Below are positions 12,229 through 21,779 of a stretch of DNA of 64,000 bases, piece after piece; the stretch's first letter is position 1, and the number at the start of each line of letters is the position of its first letter. The notes below the pieces were generated by a model. That model made no database searches. It was not told the origin of the DNA and worked only from the letters and a program-made list of their open reading frames with translations. This stretch comes from Acidobacteriota bacterium (GTDB taxonomy: Bacteria; Acidobacteriota; UBA890; WLXD01), in assembly GCA_963666215.2 (NCBI GenBank), contig CAXWPL010000004.1, forward strand, positions 608,001-672,000, read 5' to 3'. Position numbers and translations under genes: made by a program.

Positions 12229-12965
12229 GCCGTAGCATCTCGAAGTGCTACCGCCGCGGACTCGTCTACGAGCACGGTTACGTTGGGGTGGTTTTGCAGC
12301 GCTGACGCCGGCACGTGAGCTGTGAGCGGCCCCTCAACGATTTGCGCGACCACCTGCGCCTTGCTCGCACCGAAGGCCAGTAGCAGGCATGCGCGCGCGT
12401 CGAGAAAATCGGCGACTCCGAGCGTCACCGCATGGGTCGGAACGGCGTCAGCACTGCCAAACACCTCGACCAAGTACGGTCGTCGAGCCAGCGAGACGGG
12501 GACCACGCGCATCCGAGAGCGCAACGAGGAGCCCGGGTCGTTGGAAGCGAGGTGGCCATCGTCACCCACGCCGGCGACGAACAGGTCCACACCGCCCGCG
12601 TGCTCCAGCGAGCGCTGGAAGCGAGCGATCATGTGCTCCGACGATCCGGCATTGCCATCTGGTAGATGCCGTCGTCGCTCGGCAATTGGCACATGGTCGA
12701 AGAACATCCGGCGCAGATGACGGGCAGCGGCCGAAGGATGCTCGGGATCAAGACCGACGAACGCGTCGGCCATCACAACCGACACGCGCTCGAAGTCAAC
12801 GCGGCCCGCGCGATGCGCCTCGACGAGCAACTCGTACCAGCGGCGTGGGGTACTTCCCGTGGGCAATCCCACAACCGCGCCCGGCTGACGAGCGATCAAG
12901 CTCACCAGGATGTCGGCAGCAAGTCTGCTAGCAGCTTCGGGGTCGGGCTGGATGATGACTCGCAT
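12183..12965 (-). CDS. nagB: Glucosamine-6-phosphate deaminase-like protein (divergent active site)
   Basis: MRVII start, GLPTGSTP, GVGDDGHLASNDPGSS, PASALQNHP. Confidence 0.8.
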   Translation of the reverse strand: MRVIIQPDPEAASRLAADILVSLIARQPGAVVGLPTGSTPRRWYELLVEAHRAGRVDFERVSVVMADAFVGLDPEHPSAAARHLRRMFFDHVPIAERRRHLPDGNAGSSEHMIARFQRSLEHAGGVDLFVAGVGDDGHLASNDPGSSLRSRMRVVPVSLARRPYLVEVFGSADAVPTHAVTLGVADFLDARACLLLAFGASKAQVVAQIVEGPLTAHVPASALQNHPNVTVLVDESAAVALRDATAYREAWELERGSLGM

Positions 12966-13268
12966 GAGAACGCCAGGATCTAGATTCTTGAGTGAGGAAC
13001 CGTCGGGTAGATAGCCTCGATCCCCGCACCTCACGCCGCCGATAACTCGGCAGACGCATCGCGACTGCCAACGAGCGCAGGGCCAGCGGGGTACGCAGAT
13101 CGGCGGATCGGCGCATCAGCAGGTCGCCAGCGAGCCGGCACCACCATATCGCCGGACTGGCGCGTTTGCACGGCGGGGGCGACACTCTGCCGCACGAACG
13201 CCCGACGCTTCGCACGCACCGCGAGCGGCGCGATCGCGACAACGTTTCTGAGCAATCCCGGAGACCGG

Positions 13269-14630
13269 ATGGCCATCGACCCGCCCGACTTACTCGAAGA
13301 CGCGGCACGCCGTGCCCGCCGTTACCTGGTTGCCTTGCCGGAGCGTCGCGTTTCACCCGCGCCAGAGGACGTCGATGCGTTGACTCGCTTCAACGAGCCT
13401 CTGCCCGACGAATCGAGCGACGCTCATCAGACGCTTGCGTTGCTCGACGAGCTGGGCGGACCCGGAACGGTGGCTTCGATGGGCGGGCGGTACTTCGGGT
13501 TCGTGACGGGCGCTGCCCTACCCGCGGCCCTCGCGGCTCACTGGCTGGCGTCGGCCTGGGACCAGAACACGGCGCTGGAGGTGATGTCGCCCGCTGCCTC
13601 TGCCATTGAGAACGTTGCGTTGAGTTGGTCACGGGATCTTCTCAGGCTGCCTGACGAGGCGCATGGTCTCTTCGTGACGGGGACAACAATGGGTAACTTC
13701 TGTGGTCTCGCCGCCGCTCGTTCTGCGGTTCTCGAGGGGGTTGGCTGGGACGTCGGAGCACGAGGGATGAACGGTGCGCCGCCGATCCAGGTGGTGGTTG
13801 GCGAACAGGCCCACGCGGTGCTATTCCGCGCCCTCTCGTTGCTCGGGTTCGGTCGCGACAACCTGATACGCGTTCCGGTCGACGACCAGGGCCGCATGTT
13901 GGTCGACGAGCTTCCGGTGCTCGAGGCGCCGTCGATTGTCTGTATTCAGGCAGGCAACGTCGACAGTGGCGCTTTCGACCCGGCGACGGAGATCTGTCAG
14001 GCAGCACGGAAAACTGGCGCCTGGGTGCACGTCGACGGGGCGTTCGGCCTATGGGCCGCGGCAGCACCGGAGCGCGCGCACCTGATGACTGGCTTTGAGC
14101 TCGCCGACTCCTGGGCGACCGACGCTCACAAGTGGCTCAACGTGCCCTACGACTGCGGCATCGCTTTCGTGCGCAACACCGCGGCGCTCGGTAGCGCTAT
14201 GGCGATGCGGGCCCCCTACCTCAGCAGCGAACACGCCCGCGAGCCGTTGTTCCTCACCCCCGAGGGCTCGCGGCGGGCACGCGGCATCGACGTGTGGGCT
14301 GCGCTCAGGGTGCTCGGCCGTCGGGGCGTTGCCGAGTTGGTCGAACGCAACTGCCGGCAGGCCGCAAGGCTGGCGCGCAAGCTCGCGGACGCCGGATGCG
14401 AGGGACTCGAAGTGCTCAACGAAGTTGTTCTCAACCAGGTGCTCGTCGCCTTCGGCGACGACGATCGCACGCGCCGCATCATCGACGAGCTGCAGCGTGA
14501 GGGCACATGCTGGTGCGGCGGCAGCACCTGGAAGGGCCGCGCGGTGATGCGTGTGAGCTTGTCTTCGTGGGCAACCACCGACGACGATCTCGATCGCACC
14601 ATTGCCGCGATCGTGCGACAGGCGGCGTAG
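13269..14630 (+). CDS. PLP-dependent group II amino-acid decarboxylase
   Basis: RYFGFV, WDQN, WVHVDGAFG, DSWATDAHKW (PLP lysine), SRRARG. Confidence 0.92.
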   Translation: MAIDPPDLLEDAARRARRYLVALPERRVSPAPEDVDALTRFNEPLPDESSDAHQTLALLDELGGPGTVASMGGRYFGFVTGAALPAALAAHWLASAWDQNTALEVMSPAASAIENVALSWSRDLLRLPDEAHGLFVTGTTMGNFCGLAAARSAVLEGVGWDVGARGMNGAPPIQVVVGEQAHAVLFRALSLLGFGRDNLIRVPVDDQGRMLVDELPVLEAPSIVCIQAGNVDSGAFDPATEICQAARKTGAWVHVDGAFGLWAAAAPERAHLMTGFELADSWATDAHKWLNVPYDCGIAFVRNTAALGSAMAMRAPYLSSEHAREPLFLTPEGSRRARGIDVWAALRVLGRRGVAELVERNCRQAARLARKLADAGCEGLEVLNEVVLNQVLVAFGDDDRTRRIIDELQREGTCWCGGSTWKGRAVMRVSLSSWATTDDDLDRTIAAIVRQAA

Positions 14631-14697
14631 CGATCGGCGGCGATCCGCTGCATCAACGGACGACCGTAGAACGCTAGGGCGGCCGGCGCTACGGGTG

Positions 14698-15933
14698 CTA
14701 TGGCGGCGGCGCGCCGCGAAGCGCCCGCCCGAGTCGACGGCGGAGCGGAACCGCGAGCAGCCGTGCCGGCACCCCCGCCCAACCCGGTGCGAACAGGTTC
14801 ACCTCGTACGACGAATCCTTCCGCGGCCTCCATTTATCGTGCCACTCGAGGCTGGTCACGAGGCTGACCTCATCGATCTCCGGATCCTCACAGGCGCAAC
14901 GCAGAGTGTCGTTGAGCACGACATTGCCTGGAGCCATCGCCGCGAAGCCTTCGTCGTACGTCGTCTTCACCACGTGCAGTGTGCGACCGAACCGCAGCGC
15001 GAGCTGGCCGCCAACGTACATGTCGCCTACCCGCAACATCGAAACGCACGCAACTTGCTCCCGCCCGAGCCTGCCGAGCGCGATTTCCAGAAACCGCCGC
15101 ATCGTGGCGTCGGAGCCGAGATCGGTTCCGGCCCTGTGCTTCCACGAGCGAACGTCGACCTGGACGAACCGCGCCCACGCCGCCGCTAACGCACCGGGAT
15201 CGGCCACATGCTCCACCACCACGTCGCCGTGTCGGGCGAGCTTGTTGCGTGCCTTGCGCAAGCTGCTCTGGAAGTTGCGGCTCAGCCCGGCAATGAGCTC
15301 GGGGTGGGTGCGGCGGGTGTCGAGCACGGAGCGATGCTGGACCAGGTGCACGTGCCGCCGCGGCGCCCGATACAGGAGTAGATTGCCCTCGTCGACCTGT
15401 TCGAATCGAACGTACAATGGCCGGCCGGCGCCGGGTACGTCGGTGCGAAAAAGCGCCTCCACCAGCTCGATCAACATGTCGGAGTGGATCGCGAGCGAAG
15501 CCCCACCGAGGACACCGGCGTGGCTGTGCACGAGGGCACAGTATCGGTTGACGGTCGCCGCCAACGGGCGTACTTCAAAAGGCACCGCCGTCAGCACGCG
15601 CGCCTCGCGACGCACCAAGGCTAGCCGCTGGTCGCGACCCTCGGCTTGGTCGCGCTGGGCGGTGGCGTGCAGCCAGGCGGTGAGCCACGCCGGGTGGGTG
15701 AGCGCGTCCTTTTCAGTGTCGGCAAGCGCGTTCCAGGTCTCCAGCCATGAGTCGTAGAGCGGCCCGCGGCGGTTGACGAGATCGTCGAATCGCGGGTCGT
15801 CAGACTCGAGCAGGTCGACGCGTGGTGTGGTCGCGGCCGCCGCACCGGCGCGGCGGCAGGCAGCGACCGCCGGATCCTCGCCCGGGATGGCGACGGCGGC
15901 ACGAAGCTCCTCCACCCAACGAGTACCGGACAT
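14698..15933 (-). CDS. GNAT-family acyltransferase (CelD/BcsL-like)
   Basis: HPAWLTAW, LSRNFQSSLRKARNKL, RSWK, KTTYDEGFAAMAPG. Confidence 0.8.
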   Translation of the reverse strand: MSGTRWVEELRAAVAIPGEDPAVAACRRAGAAAATTPRVDLLESDDPRFDDLVNRRGPLYDSWLETWNALADTEKDALTHPAWLTAWLHATAQRDQAEGRDQRLALVRREARVLTAVPFEVRPLAATVNRYCALVHSHAGVLGGASLAIHSDMLIELVEALFRTDVPGAGRPLYVRFEQVDEGNLLLYRAPRRHVHLVQHRSVLDTRRTHPELIAGLSRNFQSSLRKARNKLARHGDVVVEHVADPGALAAAWARFVQVDVRSWKHRAGTDLGSDATMRRFLEIALGRLGREQVACVSMLRVGDMYVGGQLALRFGRTLHVVKTTYDEGFAAMAPGNVVLNDTLRCACEDPEIDEVSLVTSLEWHDKWRPRKDSSYEVNLFAPGWAGVPARLLAVPLRRRLGRALRGAPPP

Positions 15934-16223
15934 TCAGGGTCTCCAACGGCCGAAGCTACCCAGGAAGGGAAAGGGCACCGTCGGCTTGCGCGAGCGTTGC
16001 TCACCGGAGAGGCACGGTTCAGCGCAACGCCAAACAACAGATGCTAGCGGCGCGCTACGCCCTGGCTCAGGCGCGAAGACCGGTCGCCGAAAGTCGTAGG
16101 CCGCGTGCCCTCAGCCGCGGTCACTCGCGGCCCGCGAGCGGCCGCCGGTGCAACCGCGCGGCACTGGCTCGCAGCACATGCGGCTTGCGCCGCCCGATTG
16201 AAGACGAATGGCGTCGAGTCGAG

Positions 16224-17120
16224 CTACTGGCTAGCGTCCGCGTGCTCGTCGGCTTCGGTGCCGCCTGCCGCGGCCGCAGAACTATCAGCCTGGGCCTCGT
16301 CGGTTGCCTGAGCCGGCTGCGCCGGCTGGGCGGGCTGCAGAAGAGCCTGCTGCTCATCCATCCAGGCGTCGAACGAATCCTGGCTCTGGATGGTGTAGTA
16401 GCCCTGCATGCGGTAGTGCGTCAGTCCGCAGAGCTGAGCGCAGGCGATCTCCCAGCACGTCTTGGTCTGAAAGCAGCCCGGGAACAGTCCGTCGGCTGGA
16501 GTCGCTGTCACCGCGCGGAAGCGAACGGGAATCGCGAGGCCCGGAACGGCATCCTGCTTCACGCGCATCTGCGGCAAGAAGAAGCCGTGGATGACGTCTT
16601 TCGACGACAGCATCACGGTGATGTCACGATCGACCGGCAGCGGCATCTGGTTGATCATGACCACATCGTCGGCCGCTGCAGGATCGGCGCGATCGAGCCC
16701 AACGAAGTTGGTGTTCGAAAGCAGGCTCACGTCGGTGGGTCCGAACACGCCGTCGGGGCCAGGGTAGTGAACGTTCCACTGGAACTGCTGCGCGACCACG
16801 CGGACCACGAAGGGTTCGGGGTCGCTGGTCTCGGGCGACACCCAACTGGCCCAGGCTGGAATCGCGAAGCCAACCAGCAGGATCACCTCGACGATCGCCA
16901 CACCAGCTTCGATGTACGACGAGAAGTGGCTCTTGGCACCCTCGTGACTCGCCTTCGGGTTAGCGCTGGCGCGAAAGCGGTACAGCACGTAGAGGAAGTA
17001 CAGACCCCAGCCAACGAACAGCACCAGCATCAGCCAGTGCACCATCGCGTTCATCCGATCGAGCGGTGCACCGTGTGACGAAGCGTCGATCGGCATCCAA
17101 CGGGCGAGGAACGACTGCAT
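16224..17120 (-). CDS. coxB: Cytochrome c oxidase subunit II
   Basis: Two TMs, AQQFQW, SKDVIHGF, KQDAVPG, CuA motif CAQLCGLTHYRM. Confidence 0.93.
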   Translation of the reverse strand: MQSFLARWMPIDASSHGAPLDRMNAMVHWLMLVLFVGWGLYFLYVLYRFRASANPKASHEGAKSHFSSYIEAGVAIVEVILLVGFAIPAWASWVSPETSDPEPFVVRVVAQQFQWNVHYPGPDGVFGPTDVSLLSNTNFVGLDRADPAAADDVVMINQMPLPVDRDITVMLSSKDVIHGFFLPQMRVKQDAVPGLAIPVRFRAVTATPADGLFPGCFQTKTCWEIACAQLCGLTHYRMQGYYTIQSQDSFDAWMDEQQALLQPAQPAQPAQATDEAQADSSAAAAGGTEADEHADASQ

Positions 17121-17422
17121 CAGCTGCTGCCTCCGTCGATCAGTTTCGGAGCTGCCCCGATGATCTCGGGGTCTTTATCGAGCTTTTCCTCGAGGCGCTG
17201 GCCGTGGCGTCGAAAGCTCACGAACAGGGCCACGAAGCCGATCTGAACCGTCACCACCACGCCCAGCATCGCGAGGATCCCGTTGTTGACCCCCTTGGCC
17301 ATCGGCGAGTCGTTCTCGCCAAAACAAACCGGGCAGGCATGCGCCTCGGGGACCGCTGCCAACGTCGCGGCCAGCACCACGATGGCGAGCAACCAGACGC
17401 GGGCGTTCCGCCGTGCGGCCAT
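17120..17422 (-). CDS. Small membrane protein with signal peptide and CPVC motif (cox-operon accessory)
   Basis: MAARRNARVWLLAIVV...AHA-CPVCFG...one TM; stop overlaps the coxB start. Confidence 0.8.
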   Translation of the reverse strand: MAARRNARVWLLAIVVLAATLAAVPEAHACPVCFGENDSPMAKGVNNGILAMLGVVVTVQIGFVALFVSFRRHGQRLEEKLDKDPEIIGAAPKLIDGGSS

Positions 17423-17424
17423 GG

Positions 17425-17628
17425 TCAAACTCCCAGAGCCTTGAGCTTCTTCAGGAAGCGCCGCGCGTACAACGCGAGGCCGATCCCGGCCGGGTAAAAG
17501 ACCACCGCCAGGCCCAAACCGACACCGTCGCCAGCGGCGATGTACCGCCGCAGTCCGATCGCCCCGAGGAAGAAGGAGAACAGCACACAGGTGCAAATGA
17601 AGAACACGTGGAATGCCTTCAGCGACAC
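17425..17628 (-). CDS. Small two-TM protein in cox operon
   Basis: MSLKAFHVFFI...; 67 aa, tightly packed between its neighbours. Confidence 0.8.
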   Translation of the reverse strand: MSLKAFHVFFICTCVLFSFFLGAIGLRRYIAAGDGVGLGLAVVFYPAGIGLALYARRFLKKLKALGV

Positions 17629-17629
17629 T

Positions 17630-17932
17630 TCACCCTCCCATGCGGTCGGCCTGTGCGGCCAGCGGCAGGAAGATCAGGACCAGGAAAAAGAAGAACGTCA
17701 GCGCCAGCACCGCGTAGATCAGCTTGCGCTCGCCGATCAGGTGCATGAAGTAGCAGGCCACGAGGGACCCCTTCACAGAAGCGATCGCCAGCGCCACGAA
17801 GATGGCCGCCCCCGTGCTGAGGTCGAGGCTGGCAACGGCGACGGTCACCAGCGTGAGCACGCCGAGGCTGGCGAACACCGTTACATACACGCGGCGCTCG
17901 GCGCTGATCTCTTCGGGGCTGTGTCCGGCCAT
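17630..17932 (-). CDS. Cytochrome c oxidase subunit IV family protein
   Basis: YVTVFASLGVLTLVTV...IASVKGSLVACYFMHL..E. Confidence 0.88.
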   Translation of the reverse strand: MAGHSPEEISAERRVYVTVFASLGVLTLVTVAVASLDLSTGAAIFVALAIASVKGSLVACYFMHLIGERKLIYAVLALTFFFFLVLIFLPLAAQADRMGG

Positions 17933-17963
17933 TTGCCTCTCCAAGCTTCTTCGGATCGGGCAG

Positions 17964-18548
17964 CTAGAGCAGGTACAAGCTCGGGAACAAGAAAATCCAG
18001 ACGAGGTCGACGAAATGCCAGTACAGGCCGGCGACCTCGATCCGATTCGTGAACCGCTCGGGCTCCGACTTCCACATCTTGGCACCGGGACCGAGCAGGT
18101 AACCGAACACCACCATGCCACCGAGAATATGGATGCCGTGCAGCCCGGTCATGGTGAAGTAGGTGGCCATGAAGTTGTTGGAGCTCGGGTACAGGTGATG
18201 CTCGAACTCGGCGCTGTACTCGAAGTACTTCACCACCAGGAAAGCGCCTGCCAGCGCCATCGTGAGCCACAGGTACAGCTTGAACTTGGCGAAGTCGTTG
18301 AGGCGCAGCGCCATCCAGGCAAACACGACCGTCACGGATGACGTGATCAGGAACAGCGTGTTGATCGTCGCCAGCACGACGTCGAGCTCTTCCTGATGCC
18401 AGTCGGGGTTGCCCGTGCGCAGCAGGATGTACGACGAGAAGAGCGCACCGAAGAGCATCACCTCGGAGGCAAGGAACAACCAGATGCCGAGCTTGGCGTT
18501 GTAGAGCCCGGTGTCGGGCCGCGGCTCTTCGTTGTAGGGAATCTGCAT
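17964..18548 (-). CDS. coxC: Cytochrome c oxidase subunit III (short form)
   Basis: LGIWLFLASEVMLFG, NTLFLITSS, TGLHGIH, GLYWHFVDLVWIFLF. Confidence 0.95.
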   Translation of the reverse strand: MQIPYNEEPRPDTGLYNAKLGIWLFLASEVMLFGALFSSYILLRTGNPDWHQEELDVVLATINTLFLITSSVTVVFAWMALRLNDFAKFKLYLWLTMALAGAFLVVKYFEYSAEFEHHLYPSSNNFMATYFTMTGLHGIHILGGMVVFGYLLGPGAKMWKSEPERFTNRIEVAGLYWHFVDLVWIFLFPSLYLL

Positions 18549-18572
18549 GGTCTCAGTTCTCTCGGGTCCGGC

Positions 18573-20363
18573 TCAGGAACCGGGCACGTGCTGCGGCAGG
18601 AAGTCGTCGTCGGCTCCCGGCGGGCTGTACTCGTACGGGCCGCGGTACACCGTCGGGATGTGCTCGAAGTTGCCGTGCCCGAGCGGCGGCGACGTGGTGC
18701 ACGCCCAGTCGATCGTCGTCGCGCCCCATGGGTTGCTGCCAACCTTCTCGCCCTTCTTCATGCTCCAGAAGAAGTTGAACACGAAGGGAAGTTGCGCCAG
18801 GAAGAGCCCGAACGCCGCCATCGACATGAACACGTTCCAATGCAGCACGGGCTGCGCGTGCGAGTAGCTCAGTCCGCCGTCGTAGAGGCGTCGGGAAACC
18901 CCTGCCAGTCCCTGGATGAACATCGGCGCGAAGACGCCGTTGATGAAGATGAACGACAGCCAGAAGTGCAGCTTGCCGAGCCCCTCGCTCATCTTGCGAC
19001 CGGTGAACTTCGGGAACCAGTAGTAGATGCCGGCGAAGATCGCGAAGATGGTTCCCGGCGCGACTACGTAGTGGAAATGGCCGATGACGTAGTAGGTGTC
19101 GTGCAGGTGGATGTCCGCAGGTGCCAATCCCAGCGGCAAGCCGGTGAGTCCGCCGATACCGAACATCGGCAGGAAGGCCAGCGAGAACAGCATCGGAGTG
19201 TTGAAGCGAATCGAGCCGCCCCAGAGCGAGATCAGCAGTGCCGTCAAGATCACCACCGACGGAATCGAGATGATCATCGTCGTCGTCTGGAAGAAGGCGC
19301 TGATCACCGTCCCCATGCCGGTCATGAACATGTGGTGCGCCCACACGATGAAGGACATGAAGCCGAGGAAGATGGTCGAGTAGACCATCGGCTTGTAGCC
19401 CCACAGCGGCTTGCGGGTGTTGTTAGCGATGATCTCGGCCACGATGCCCATCGCCGGCAGGATCAGCACGTACACCTCGGGGTGCGCCAGGAACCAAAAG
19501 AGGTGCTGCCATAACAGCGGGCTGCCGCCGCCGGCGTACTCGAGTGCCTGCCCCGAGACGAACAGCCCCGATGGCATGAAGAAGCTCGAGCCCGCCAAGC
19601 GATCCATCAACTGCATCACGCTGGCCGCCTCGAGCGGCGGGAACGCGAGCAGCAGCAGGAACGACGTCACGAACTGGGACCACACGAAGAAGGGCAGCCT
19701 CATGAAGGTCATCCCGGGCGCCCGCAGCTGGATGATCGTAACGATCATGTTCATCGAGCCCAGCAGCGACGAAGTGATGAGGAAGACCATCCCGAACAGC
19801 CAAGCCGTTTGGCCCGTCGTGGCGATCACCGACAACGGTGCGTAGGAGGTCCAGCCCGAGTTGGCCGCGCCGCCGGGCAGGAAGAAGCTCACCAGCATGA
19901 CGATGCCGCCCACGAAGTAGACCCAGTAGCTCATCATGTTGAGCTTCGGGAAGGCCATGTCGGGAGCGCCAATCTGCAGCGGGAGGACGTAGTTTCCGAA
20001 GGCACCCACGGCGAGCGGCACGATGGCCAGGAAGACCATGATCGTGCCGTGCATCGCGCCGAGCTGGTTGTAGAACGCCGGCAGGATGATGCCGCCGGGC
20101 GCGTTGGCCTCGCCCAGCCAGCCGCCAATCAGGGGGACCACTGAGCCCGGGTAGGCCAGCTGCCAGCGCATCAGCAGCATCAGGCAGAAGCCGAAGAGCA
20201 GGAAGCAGAGCGCGGTGATGCCGTACTGCAGACCGATCATCTTGTGGTCGGTCGAAAAGACGTACTTGCGGATCCAGCTCTCTTCGTGGTGCCCGCCGGC
20301 GTGGTCGTGGTCGTGACCGTGCGAGTGTCCGGCGCCCGACTTATCTACAGGATCATCGCTCAT
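18573..20363 (-). CDS. coxA: Cytochrome c oxidase subunit I (A-family variant)
   Basis: STDHK, HGTIM, GAPDMAFP, HPEVY, WAHHMF, HDTYYVIGHFHY, SRR. Confidence 0.96.
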   Translation of the reverse strand: MSDDPVDKSGAGHSHGHDHDHAGGHHEESWIRKYVFSTDHKMIGLQYGITALCFLLFGFCLMLLMRWQLAYPGSVVPLIGGWLGEANAPGGIILPAFYNQLGAMHGTIMVFLAIVPLAVGAFGNYVLPLQIGAPDMAFPKLNMMSYWVYFVGGIVMLVSFFLPGGAANSGWTSYAPLSVIATTGQTAWLFGMVFLITSSLLGSMNMIVTIIQLRAPGMTFMRLPFFVWSQFVTSFLLLLAFPPLEAASVMQLMDRLAGSSFFMPSGLFVSGQALEYAGGGSPLLWQHLFWFLAHPEVYVLILPAMGIVAEIIANNTRKPLWGYKPMVYSTIFLGFMSFIVWAHHMFMTGMGTVISAFFQTTTMIISIPSVVILTALLISLWGGSIRFNTPMLFSLAFLPMFGIGGLTGLPLGLAPADIHLHDTYYVIGHFHYVVAPGTIFAIFAGIYYWFPKFTGRKMSEGLGKLHFWLSFIFINGVFAPMFIQGLAGVSRRLYDGGLSYSHAQPVLHWNVFMSMAAFGLFLAQLPFVFNFFWSMKKGEKVGSNPWGATTIDWACTTSPPLGHGNFEHIPTVYRGPYEYSPPGADDDFLPQHVPGS

Positions 20364-20749
20364 CGGCGGTAGGCTTTCGCAGCGCGCGACCTCGACATCC
20401 GTTCACGGACGGGCCGGGGCTTTTTTCAGGGCGGACCGTCGCGCGGACAGCTCTACCGCGCATGTTCGAGCGATGGGCCGAGGGAAACCGCCGGTAGCCT
20501 ACGACACCCCTGTAGGGGGGGCAACTCGCTGAAAAACCCCTCGGAAACAGCGATTTACTGGGCGTCAGAGAACGGCTGCGAGTGGCTGAGCTCCTGCGTT
20601 GGCGCCTTCGAGCTGCGGTCCGGGCACACGATGACTGTCGGCGGCGACATCGTGGCCATGAAACGGCGGAGCTCGGGTCTCGACCCTGCGATAGCCTGAA
20701 CAGAGACGGAAGCTCGAGACCGCCACCGAAACCCGCTCGCGGAGTGACG

Positions 20750-21128
20750 ATGAGGAAGCAGCTACGATTCACCGCCATCTGCTTCGCCAGTGCAACGGTG
20801 GTTGCATGCGCTGCGGGCCCACCGATTCAGGCCGCCGACCCCGGGTACCGACCGCACGTTGCCCAGCCAGCGTTCGCGTGGGGAGCCGGGCCAAGGGTCG
20901 CCATCGACGAAGCGCACCACAACTACCACACTGCCGAGGGCCGCTACTGCGCGTTCGCGGAGTTACGGCCAGGGACACCTGGCCGTGTTCGGTAAGGCGG
21001 CGATGTTCACGGCGCCGGTCTCGAGCGACGGTCGCGCAATGGGAGTGAACCACCCGGCGGCGCGCCAGAACGCCCAGTTCGTTCTACACGTAGCGCACTG
21101 GCTGACGGGCCTGTTGCCCGGCCGCTGA
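20750..21128 (+). pseudogene. Internally deleted DUF4350/GATase-like secreted protein
   Basis: N-terminus (signal, GPRVAIDEAHHNYHTAEGRY.AFAEL) joined out of frame at about 20963 to the C-terminus (YGQGHLAVFGKAAMFTA...NAQFVLHVAHWLTGLL). Confidence 0.7.
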
Positions 21129-21171
21129 GCGACCCGCGAAACACACGGGCTCGCGGCGCCCGTGGCCGTTT

Positions 21172-21747
21172 CTAGGCGAGCTCGCGCTGGCGCTTCAGGG
21201 CCTCGGCGTACCACACCAACTCGTCGATAAAGCGTTCGGCTCGGTCGTGGTACGCGTCGTCGAGTGCCTTGCCCTCTTCGTCGAAGGCCTTGTTGATATG
21301 GGGCACGTTCATCCCCGCCGGAATCGGGACGGCGCCGAGGTTCAGCATGACCGCGCGCAGGGCCTGGAGACAAACGGCGCCGCCCATGAAGCCCACCGAG
21401 TGGGTCGCGATGCCGATCGGCTTGCGCTTGTACTCCGGGCCGAGATAGTCGATGGCGTTCTTGAGAACGCCAGGGTAGCCCTTGTTGTACTCGGGGCTGA
21501 CGATCATCAGAGCGTCGCAACGGGCGATGGGCTCGGCAAACGCGACCAGCGCCTCGGGGGGGTTCTCGAGAAAGCGCAGACGTTCCTTCATCAGCGGCAA
21601 GTCGTAGTCGCGAAGGTCGAGAAGCTGGGTGTCGACGCGCTCGTCGGCCTCGAGCTTGGCGTGGAGGAAGCGGCCCAAACGGGGCGTGTTGCGGCCCTCG
21701 CGGATACTGCCGACGATGATGGGGACAAAGAGCTTCGAGTCGGTCAC
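21172..21747 (-). CDS. NADPH-dependent FMN reductase
   Basis: IVGSIREGR, SPEYNKGYPGVLKNAIDY. Confidence 0.93.
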   Translation of the reverse strand: MTDSKLFVPIIVGSIREGRNTPRLGRFLHAKLEADERVDTQLLDLRDYDLPLMKERLRFLENPPEALVAFAEPIARCDALMIVSPEYNKGYPGVLKNAIDYLGPEYKRKPIGIATHSVGFMGGAVCLQALRAVMLNLGAVPIPAGMNVPHINKAFDEEGKALDDAYHDRAERFIDELVWYAEALKRQRELA

Positions 21748-21779
21748 GGTTGGCTCCGCCGAATAGGAGTTTGGTGGAT

